IMG/VR virus record: IMGVR_UViG_3300046453_000093
Span: 26,875-90,874 of that record
Length of the DNA: 64,000 nt
Origin: a virus
Lineage: Duplodnaviria > Heunggongvirae > Uroviricota > Caudoviricetes
Strand: one strand, 5' to 3'
Positions 56,886 through 64,000 of the stretch are shown piece by piece (positions within the stretch are counted from its first letter, which is position 1; every line of letters begins with the position of its first letter). Under the pieces are notes generated by a model that was not told where the DNA came from, did not search any database, and saw only the letters and a list, made by a program, of their open reading frames with translations. Position numbers and translations under genes: made by a program.

Positions 56886-56925
56886 TAGTTACCATAGTAA
56901 CCTCTATAACTTTTGTTACCATTTG
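56886..56925 (-). promoter_or_regulatory. putative operator: GGTAAC...GTTAC-tatg-GTAAC repeats immediately upstream of the RHH gene RBS
   Basis: Inverted pentamer repeats directly visible; RHH proteins typically autoregulate via such short repeats. Confidence 0.35.
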
Positions 56926-56966
56926 TTTATTAAAATATACCATGTCTGAAAAATATATTCAATGAA

Positions 56967-56995
56967 AAAAGTGTGAACATGTATAGTTCACACTT
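56967..56995. terminator. bidirectional hairpin terminator
   Basis: aagtgtgaac-atgtatag-ttcacactt with flanking A/T runs. Confidence 0.6.
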
Positions 56996-57005
56996 TTCAA
57001 ATTCA

Positions 57006-57968
57006 TCATATGGTCATTGACAAAACTCCACCAGTATTGGCTGTCATGTTTATTAATTTAGCGCTAAAGGTGTTTAATTGTTGAAGCTTGTCTTTGCTTG
57101 AGAGTCTATCAAAATGTTCAATTTCTTTCTTCAGTGCAGAAAAATCGTTTAATAGCATCAAAAAGTCTCTCTGTACTTGTTCGCTTTTTCCTATTTCATT
57201 AGATAGCTCAGACTGAAGAATATTTATTTTTCTTTCTAATTTTTCAACTTTATCAATGTTACTATTTTGGACTGCTCTTTGAGACATTTCCAACAGACTT
57301 ACAAAGAAAGGGTTGATATTAAGCCCTACGGTTTCCATATTCCCAACTATTTCAGAAATTGTTTCTACCAAGTCAACTTCTTCCTTTGGTTTTGGATTAT
57401 CAAATTTAGTTGTCACATCTAAGTCTAAGCTGTGTTTAACATTATCAACTTCATCGAAAGGCGAAAAAAACTCTAATTCTGTAACTTCCTGACTACTTTT
57501 CAATTCTACAATTTCTTCTTCTTCAGCGTTAGCTAAATCTTTAATAGCAATTTGACCATCGTCATAAATGTACTTATCTCTTTTTTGATAGAATTTAAAA
57601 CTAATTGCTTGTTTTGTTCTATCGGTAAATATGTGAGACAATTCTTCAAACATAATTGATGTACTCTTTGATTTAAGTCTTCCGTTTTTAATTACCTTAT
57701 TTTTGGAGAAAATTTCGTAGTAAAGGTATATTAATTCTTCTTCTGCATTAGACCAATCTTTTTTATTTGCATAAGTATATGTTGGATTGTCTTCAGCCTT
57801 TTTCCAAATTTTAATTAGATTATGGAATCCAATTAAGTCATTGATAGGTATATTGCTTTTCTCAGAAAGGTCTTGAATATATTTTTCAAATTCAACCTCT
57901 TGATTACTGAAAACAGTATTCTTTAATTCTAATATTGTTTCTTCAAGTGTTAGATGTGCCATTATCAA
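57006..57968 (-). CDS. hypothetical protein (320 aa, acidic, coiled-coil C-terminus)
   Basis: RBS aaaaggggttg. No recognisable motifs. Confidence 0.45.
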   Translation of the reverse strand: MIMAHLTLEETILELKNTVFSNQEVEFEKYIQDLSEKSNIPINDLIGFHNLIKIWKKAEDNPTYTYANKKDWSNAEEELIYLYYEIFSKNKVIKNGRLKSKSTSIMFEELSHIFTDRTKQAISFKFYQKRDKYIYDDGQIAIKDLANAEEEEIVELKSSQEVTELEFFSPFDEVDNVKHSLDLDVTTKFDNPKPKEEVDLVETISEIVGNMETVGLNINPFFVSLLEMSQRAVQNSNIDKVEKLERKINILQSELSNEIGKSEQVQRDFLMLLNDFSALKKEIEHFDRLSSKDKLQQLNTFSAKLINMTANTGGVLSMTI

Positions 57969-58026
57969 TCAACCCCTTTTAACTTGATAATAGCACTTGA
58001 TGTATCTAAAAATCAAGATATATCAA

Positions 58027-58602
58027 TCAAATATCCCAACATTTAAATATGCCTTGGTTTTTTGTAGTTGTCTTTTTGCATATCTTACAAGTACATTCAT
58101 TCTCCAACTTACTGTCTCTCAAGCCCAATTTAACTTCTATATCATGTCTTCCTTTTACTGCTAAGTCATCGGCTCTCTCGTTTAGGGGGATGTCAATGTG
58201 TCCTTTGACTTTTATCCACTCTATGTAAAGTTGCCTACTAGCAACGTCTTTAAGTTCTATCCATAATTGTTTATTAGAAACAGGTTGACCCTGCGAATTT
58301 ATCCAACCGTTCATCTTCCACTTCTTATTAACCCAATCTTCTTTCATGCAATTTATGAGATATGCACTATCACTATGCACTTTAATTGGAATGTCTGTAG
58401 TTTTTATCTCTTTTAAACCATATAAAACTGAGTAGACTTCTGTTTGCTGATTGGTGGTATCAGGTTCAAAACCGCCCCAATGTTCTCTGACATGATTCTT
58501 ATATTTTAAAATGGATGCCCAACCCGCACATCTTGTTTTATTGTTGCTAGACGAGCCATCTGTCCATATTTCTATTGGTTCTTTATTTAAAATGTCAAAC
58601 AT
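58027..58602 (-). CDS. rnhA: ribonuclease HI (RNase H type 1) with short C-terminal Cys-rich tail
   Basis: IWTDGS (Asp1). TEVYSVLYGL (Glu). HSDSAY (Asp). VKGHIDIPLNERADDLA (His/Asp). C-terminal CTCKICKK. Confidence 0.75.
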   Translation of the reverse strand: MFDILNKEPIEIWTDGSSSNNKTRCAGWASILKYKNHVREHWGGFEPDTTNQQTEVYSVLYGLKEIKTTDIPIKVHSDSAYLINCMKEDWVNKKWKMNGWINSQGQPVSNKQLWIELKDVASRQLYIEWIKVKGHIDIPLNERADDLAVKGRHDIEVKLGLRDSKLENECTCKICKKTTTKNQGIFKCWDI

Positions 58603-59132
58603 TTTAGTATGACCTCATTCCAGTAGTCATAGTTGCCTATCTTTCTACTATCATATTCTATTCCTGATTCTTGCCATTGTTTAGAGCGTTTTTTGGATTC
58701 TTCAACATCGAATCCTGTATATGAATCATCGACAAACATCCATTTGTGATGATAAATTTGGGGATTGTTTTTTCTACCTTTTCTGAAAGCAACCTTGCCT
58801 GTTAGAAGGTTTACTTTGTAGCTGTCACCCACTGTGGGTTCAGGTGAAGCATTAAAGTCTTTACAGTGAATAAAGCTTACTTCCTGCTTTGCTTTATTTG
58901 TCTTTATAATTGTGTATTCAAAAGTTTCACCTATGTTTAAGTGTCTGCTTAACAATAATTCTGCTTCTAATATCATGTCGTCAATATCAGAATGCTTTAT
59001 AAGAGGAAGAACTGACGAATGTATATATGTGCATCCACCTATTCTTTTTCCTGCTTTTCTAGTCTTCATAGATTTCATACTTACCACTAAGCCATCCTGC
59101 TCCAAATTCAACCCACCCACCTTCGATTCCAT
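58587..59132 (-). CDS. hypothetical protein
   Basis: 181 aa. Overlaps downstream gene start. Confidence 0.4.
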   Translation of the reverse strand: MESKVGGLNLEQDGLVVSMKSMKTRKAGKRIGGCTYIHSSVLPLIKHSDIDDMILEAELLLSRHLNIGETFEYTIIKTNKAKQEVSFIHCKDFNASPEPTVGDSYKVNLLTGKVAFRKGRKNNPQIYHHKWMFVDDSYTGFDVEESKKRSKQWQESGIEYDSRKIGNYDYWNEVILKCLTF

Positions 59133-59250
59133 CTTTTAATAATGTTGGGCTTCCTTCTGCTACAATCTTAAATCCATATTTACGACTCAACTCTGTTAGT
59201 TCTTCTAGGAATTTTTCTGCTCTTTCTTTTTGACTCATGTTCTCACCTCA

Positions 59251-59481
59251 TTAGTCTTCTTCTTTGAAATACCAACCTGCATCTAGATGATTTGACAACC
59301 AAGTTTCATATTGTTCATGTATATAATCCTCAACTTCGTCATCAGTCATTTCTTCAAGTTCTTCTTCTGTAAGACCTAATTCTTCTAGTGTTTCAGTGTT
59401 ATCACGATTCGCACTAACATAACCTAAACCTGCATAAAATTCTACTTCTGTATCTAATGTATATTTACTCATTATTAACAT
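59251..59481 (-). CDS. hypothetical small acidic protein
   Basis: 76 aa. Confidence 0.35.
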   Translation of the reverse strand: MLIMSKYTLDTEVEFYAGLGYVSANRDNTETLEELGLTEEELEEMTDDEVEDYIHEQYETWLSNHLDAGWYFKEED

Positions 59482-59713
59482 CTCCTTTAACTAGTTGTGA
59501 TTTTCCAAAAAACAATACATCAGCTTCATAACCATCAACATCAACAGCATACATTTGACTAGGCTCACGAAATTCATTAATGTTTACAATTGTTCCTTTG
59601 GCTACTGGATTACCATTCGTATTTATAATTAATACTCTATCTCTCACTTGCAATTCCATTATAAGCACCTCAACCCTTTTTAATCGCCCATCCAATTCCA
59701 TAATGTTCTCCAT
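59465..59713 (-). CDS. hypothetical small protein
   Basis: 82 aa. Confidence 0.35.
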   Translation of the reverse strand: MENIMELDGRLKRVEVLIMELQVRDRVLIINTNGNPVAKGTIVNINEFREPSQMYAVDVDGYEADVLFFGKSQLVKGDVNNE

Positions 59714-59912
59714 TTGTTGCTAAATCTTTTATAAATGCTTTTATCCTAACTTTTACATAAGCCTTCCATAGTTTGCCTTCATACACTTCTGAATAAACGA
59801 CACTTTCTCTCATAGGAAATATTGTTCTTACCTCTATTCTATATTTACCAATTTCATTACGCTTCTCTTTCGGTGGCATATCTTTAAAAAATCTTGGTAT
59901 CATATTTATCAC
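59670..59912 (-). CDS. hypothetical small basic protein
   Basis: 80 aa. RBS ggtgataaatatg. Confidence 0.35.
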   Translation of the reverse strand: MINMIPRFFKDMPPKEKRNEIGKYRIEVRTIFPMRESVVYSEVYEGKLWKAYVKVRIKAFIKDLATNGEHYGIGWAIKKG

Positions 59913-60107
59913 CTTTTGATAAAATATTTATTATCTATGCTTCGTCACTTGCTTCTTCTAGTAATTCAATTAATGTCCAATATGAATTAGACGATATTTC
60001 TCCGCATTCATATAATCCATCTAGTTCTTTTTCAATCTTTTTCAATACATTTCTTACATTATCTCCATCCATACTCAAACCCACCTCATGTTAAGATATT
60101 TATTTTA

Positions 60108-60323
60108 TCAATAATTATATTTATTCTCTTGATATTCAATTTCATCTGTTCCATTAAATCTTCCACCAAAATAGTTCGCAAATGCTCTTTTGCATTTGAC
60201 ACAAGAATAAACATCTTTATAGGTGTAATCGCCACCGTAAGTATCACAAACTTCGTTTTCAGTTACTAGTTCTGCATCATCACAACATATTTCATCATAA
60301 TACTCGATAGTTATAGTTTCCAT
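60108..60323 (-). CDS. small Cys-rich (zinc-ribbon-like) protein
   Basis: 71 aa with CC...C...C-x2-C. Confidence 0.35.
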   Translation of the reverse strand: METITIEYYDEICCDDAELVTENEVCDTYGGDYTYKDVYSCVKCKRAFANYFGGRFNGTDEIEYQENKYNY

Positions 60324-60348
60324 ATTATCACCTCTGCAATAAAAACAT

Positions 60349-60576
60349 TCATTTTATTAAATTGTCTGCTAATTCTTCTTTACTAGCAAAGGCATCTTTT
60401 TCATCAATCTCTCCATGACAAGTTGCGTATAATATTCTTGCATTACCAAACTGTTTAAAAATAGAATCATAATCTTCTTTTTGATTTTCAACTATGATTC
60501 TTGACAAAACAGGTGCAGAATGAAGTCTATTATCCATTAGATAGTAAATTTTTTGTCCTAATTCATATTTAAACAT
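60349..60576 (-). CDS. hypothetical small protein
   Basis: 75 aa. RBS atgaggtgaaaac. Confidence 0.35.
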   Translation of the reverse strand: MFKYELGQKIYYLMDNRLHSAPVLSRIIVENQKEDYDSIFKQFGNARILYATCHGEIDEKDAFASKEELADNLIK

Positions 60577-60970
60577 GTTTTCACCTCATAAGATAATTAT
60601 TTTTATCCATGTTTTCTATCTAACATGTCGTTATAAAAATCGCAAGATAAATCACATAGTTCATCTATAATTTCTAATTGTTTATCAAAATCACTTTCAT
60701 TTTCAATATTATTTAACAAGCCTTTTACTGTTTGGATATATTTATACATATAATCACCTCAAATAAAAATATTTCATCTAATCTTCTCTATAGTTTTCTA
60801 AAATTTTCTTAAACTTTTCCCAACACTCTTTACAGGAAACCTGTTCATTTGCTCCAATAATTGCAAGCGTATCATCTTTTGTTTTCGGTTGGGGTTCAAC
60901 ACCATCATCAAATAAGTGACAACCTAAACTACAAATTCTCAACACTCTATATCAACCCTTATTAAAATAT

Positions 60971-61252
60971 TTATTTTATCAATTGCTCATTAATGAAATC
61001 ATCTACATCTGTCGTATTACATTCTGTATAATCTACTTCAACTTCTACAATTTCTGCATTATGGTAAGGGCAATCTCTCCTTAGTTTATCTCCATACATA
61101 AAAGCACGTAGATGATTTTTAACATGAGATATACTACTCCATGTTCTACCATCTTTTGTCCAAATAAAGAGTTCGCTCTCTCTTCTACCTTTAGAAAACT
61201 CTCCTGTTTCTTTATTACGAATTTTCCATAGTTTTGTTTTCAAATTTATCAC
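60971..61252 (-). CDS. hypothetical small protein
   Basis: 93 aa. RBS tatgaggtgataaatttg. Confidence 0.35.
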   Translation of the reverse strand: MINLKTKLWKIRNKETGEFSKGRRESELFIWTKDGRTWSSISHVKNHLRAFMYGDKLRRDCPYHNAEIVEVEVDYTECNTTDVDDFINEQLIK

Positions 61253-61272
61253 CTCATAAAATATTCATTTTA

Positions 61273-61491
61273 TTAAATAATCTTTCGTTCTAAAATCCTA
61301 GATTCATCTATATTTGATAGTTTCATAGATATAAATCTTTTACATCCAGTACACTCTCCATGCACTCTAGGCGAAAAGTCCCCCAACCAACTTTCATAAA
61401 TAAATACTCCACTACAATCATTTTCTCCACAAGCAATAATCACTCTGCGTTTTTTCTCGTCTTCTTCTTCATAAAACCACAAAGTTATCAC
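61273..61491 (-). CDS. small zinc-ribbon-like protein (C-x4-C...C-x2-C)
   Basis: 72 aa. Motifs CGENDC and CTGC. Confidence 0.35.
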   Translation of the reverse strand: MITLWFYEEEDEKKRRVIIACGENDCSGVFIYESWLGDFSPRVHGECTGCKRFISMKLSNIDESRILERKII

Positions 61492-61506
61492 CTCATTTTT
61501 CTTTTT

Positions 61507-61794
61507 TTAATCGAGTTTGCTTATCAGTTCTACCAACACATCGCCATGACAGGGTTTGGGCTTACAAAAACATCCTAGAGTCTTACCTTTCAACTTCTTG
61601 AGTTTCTTTAGTAGGTGTGGTTGTTCCATAATCCATTCACGATATTTTTCTATTGCTTCTTCCCTTGTGGCAACCTTATACAATGCTTTCGTTCCTTCTT
61701 CATGAGAGAAGGGGTTTCCATAGATGCTTCCACGACCTATATAGATGTCGTAGGGTTCTTTGTATTTATTTACAACTTTAGTAATCACTGTCAT
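61507..61794 (-). CDS. DUF4326-family protein
   Basis: YDIYIGRGSIYGNPF N-terminal motif. C-terminal GCFCKPKPCHGDVL (C-x-C-x5-CH-GD), characteristic of DUF4326. Confidence 0.55.
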   Translation of the reverse strand: MTVITKVVNKYKEPYDIYIGRGSIYGNPFSHEEGTKALYKVATREEAIEKYREWIMEQPHLLKKLKKLKGKTLGCFCKPKPCHGDVLVELISKLD

Positions 61795-61990
61795 ATTTTA
61801 ATGCTACATAGCTACTACATATTTTCTTACCATTATATATAACGTTAACTGACAACCCACTGCTACCCCAATCATTGTCTGATTCTATGTCTACTGATAA
61901 ATTTTGTTCTAATACATCTAATAGAATATTTGGGTCTTCATATAATAACTCTCTAAGCTTTTCTTTGAACCAATATTGTTCTTCTCCCAC
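61778..61990 (-). CDS. hypothetical small protein
   Basis: 70 aa. Confidence 0.3.
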   Translation of the reverse strand: MGEEQYWFKEKLRELLYEDPNILLDVLEQNLSVDIESDNDWGSSGLSVNVIYNGKKICSSYVALKYDSDY

Positions 61991-61999
61991 ATTCTCACC

Positions 62000-62698
62000 T
62001 CAATATTTAATAACCCTCAATTGTAATCCCTTCTCTTCTGCAATATCAATCATATGTTGAGAGCCTGTAGTGCCATCTTTTTCCATAAACACTACACATG
62101 CGTCAGAGAAATCAGCCATTTGTGCATTCCTAACATATCCACCTTGTTTTCCCAAATCCCAATCAGCAGGGAATTCAGCCCACCAATAATCTCTTTTTCT
62201 AGCATATTTAATACCAAAACTATCAGCACCTCTAGCCATACCACTTACAATTATAACTATTTTGTCACACTTGTTTTTGAGTATGGCATCGAGTTTTTTC
62301 TCTAATAAGTTATAGTCTTTGAAATCTCTAGAACCCGCAACAATAATTTTGAACATGTCTTCATGTTCCATACGGACAATTTCTTCTACAGATAATTCTC
62401 GTTTATGAATTTTTTGCATTTGTAGTTTAAATGCTATATTTTTTATATATTGAGGATAATCATCTTCTTTTAAGTAGAAACCGCTACCGCTACCATCCAA
62501 ACCTTTGCATAACTTGTAGAATCTTGTTTTAGCAACTTCTTTATTTTCTTTCATATAATTATATAAAGATTTACACAAGTTATCATAATATGAATCAGGT
62601 ATTAGTGTTTCATTTTTAAAATAATACAGATAAGAGTATACTAAATAGTTTGTTTGCAATCTATTAATCTGATTGAGAAGACTATTCTCGTAAAGCAT
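62000..62698 (-). CDS. protein with C-terminal SLOG/DUF2493-like Rossmann domain (YspA/DprA-LOG-like)
   Basis: KIVIIVSGMARGADSFGIKYA (GxARGAD motif) ... VVFMEKDGTTGSQHMIDIA. Confidence 0.45.
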   Translation of the reverse strand: MLYENSLLNQINRLQTNYLVYSYLYYFKNETLIPDSYYDNLCKSLYNYMKENKEVAKTRFYKLCKGLDGSGSGFYLKEDDYPQYIKNIAFKLQMQKIHKRELSVEEIVRMEHEDMFKIIVAGSRDFKDYNLLEKKLDAILKNKCDKIVIIVSGMARGADSFGIKYARKRDYWWAEFPADWDLGKQGGYVRNAQMADFSDACVVFMEKDGTTGSQHMIDIAEEKGLQLRVIKY

Positions 62699-63002
62699 CG
62701 TAGTCTACCGCATTTTTATTGTATTTACTGAATATGGTTATGAGAGATGAAAACATTTCGATGCTTTGATTCATCGTGTTATTAATTACCAAATCAGCTT
62801 TTACTGCCCTGAATTGGCTGTATTCAATGTTACGCTCTTCACTAAAGTAGACAATTTGAATTCGATGTGTTTTAGTGACAATGATGGACTCCTCTTTAGT
62901 CCTTAAAGTTTTTACAACGCTAGTATCTAATAAATCCATAAATACATCAGCCATTAAATTCATTCGTTCTCTATTAATTTCAAAGATTAGTATTTTTTTC
63001 AT
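62682..63002 (-). CDS. hypothetical protein
   Basis: 106 aa. Confidence 0.35.
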   Translation of the reverse strand: MKKILIFEINRERMNLMADVFMDLLDTSVVKTLRTKEESIIVTKTHRIQIVYFSEERNIEYSQFRAVKADLVINNTMNQSIEMFSSLITIFSKYNKNAVDYDALRE

Positions 63003-63184
63003 TACTTCACCTTTTTTACAAAATAGTCATCGTAAGAGTAAATCTTTTTTCCTTTTGCTCCACAGAAAATGCAGTGATACTCACCATTTTTTTCTTGTTC
63101 CATAATTGTATCTGAAACATTAAAGTCTTTCCCACAACTGTCACAGTGAAAGCAAACCATCAATATTTTATTAGTCATTTGTCA

Positions 63185-63394
63185 TCATCCTATCATAAGT
63201 TTAACACCAGTAATATATATGATAACATAATAAATCCAAATTACTATTGCCATGATTGGTAATAATACAAGAAAAATAAAGTTATAACCTCTTGCAATCA
63301 TTATTACCATTAGTATTAAGAATGTGTACATTATTAGATATACTACAAAACCAACATATCCGATAAATTGCGCTAGATTAATTATATCTATCAC
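63185..63394 (-). CDS. small hydrophobic membrane protein (2 TM)
   Basis: 69 aa, almost entirely hydrophobic. Confidence 0.35.
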   Translation of the reverse strand: MIDIINLAQFIGYVGFVVYLIMYTFLILMVIMIARGYNFIFLVLLPIMAIVIWIYYVIIYITGVKLMIG

Positions 63395-63664
63395 CTACAA
63401 TGACAATATTAATTCGCTAGTTACAATGGTGTCTTTTCCTTTGTTGATTCTATCTAATACAACATGTTGAGGATCGCCAATATCATTTGTCAATTCGCCA
63501 TCCTCTAATCTGACATAAGTAAAATAAGACCCATTCCTAGCAACAATATAGTAATCGTTTTCCATTGATTCATTGTCCTTAATAACAAATGGTGTCTGCG
63601 GTAATTTAGTAAGCTTAGTTTTTTCCTTCTTATTAATTATTACTCTTGTTTTGAATTGTTCCAT
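63395..63664 (-). CDS. hypothetical small protein
   Basis: 89 aa, abuts downstream gene. Confidence 0.35.
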   Translation of the reverse strand: MEQFKTRVIINKKEKTKLTKLPQTPFVIKDNESMENDYYIVARNGSYFTYVRLEDGELTNDIGDPQHVVLDRINKGKDTIVTSELILSL

Positions 63665-64000
63665 TGGTCATTTCCCCTTTTAATTTATTTTCATAAGATA
63701 GACAAGCCGAATGTTCTGCATTATGATATTCCTTGCAAATAGATAAGTTTATTTCCCCCATTTGAATATAGCCCACTTCTGCCATTTTAATCTTATCTAT
63801 CTGCTTCATTAAAATTCCCCTTTATTCACTTTATCTTGGCATATGTCATAGCACTTACTGCACACAGACAAATATGATTCATTGCTCCCAAGTTGAATTT
63901 GCTCACCTTTAAATGTGGGAATTCCATTAATAATTCTCATATTCATGGTAGCTGTGTTGTTGCATAGTTTACAAATAGTTTTCATCTGAACAAACTTATC

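Noticed and set aside
59894-60094. 66-aa plus-strand ORF in the early region
   Set aside because: The opposite (minus) strand carries a better 45-aa ORF with RBS and the recurring upstream motif. The plus ORF is Ser/Leu-rich with no start context.

Overview
The window is one contiguous piece of a large tailed phage or prophage of a low-GC Gram-positive host; Bacillus is my guess, from AT-rich codon usage, strong AGGAGG-type RBSs and SPbeta/PBSX-like lysis and tail genes. Positions ~1-45,700 (+ strand) are a late/virion region and positions ~45,770-64,000 (- strand) are an early/replication region; the two transcription units converge on a bidirectional terminator at ~45,718-45,753. The late region is unusual. 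After a partial upstream ORF and a terminator it opens with an ~7.3 kb glycosylation island (383-7701): a complete GDP-D-glycero-D-manno-heptose pathway (GmhA, HddA-type GHMP kinase, GmhB, HddC nucleotidyltransferase), an SDR sugar epimerase/dehydratase, a hexapeptide acetyltransferase, two clear GT4 glycosyltransferases and one divergent one. The island is translationally coupled to four unknown proteins, two of them paralogous. Then come two giant proteins (1547 aa and 827 aa) built from FN3 repeats, three CBM-like (DNRLRE-type) modules and an SGNH esterase domain. A siphovirus-type tail module follows: major tail protein, chaperone pair, a 2670-aa tape measure protein, Dit, Tal, and two tail fibres, the second ending in an S74 intramolecular-chaperone domain. 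A lysis cassette closes the late region: M15 peptidase endolysin with a PG-binding domain, an extra Cys-rich 4-TM protein, a BhlA-like protein and an 88-aa holin. The minus-strand region encodes an SPFH/NfeD membrane-protein moron with its own sigma-A promoter and terminator, a RusA resolvase, a guanylate kinase, an HD phosphohydrolase, a DnaE-type DNA polymerase split by a ~390-nt ORF-less group I intron (recognisable P7 R/S elements), a free-standing HNH-AP2 endonuclease, an RHH regulator plus DndB-like DGQHR protein, RNase HI, DUF4326, a SLOG-domain protein and many small Cys-rich early proteins. My candidate for the novel system is the late-operon cytoplasmic heptose glycosylation machinery, probably for virion protein glycosylation. 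No tRNA, rRNA, CRISPR array, integrase or att site was recognised. All family assignments rest on motif reading of the supplied translations; no database search was run.
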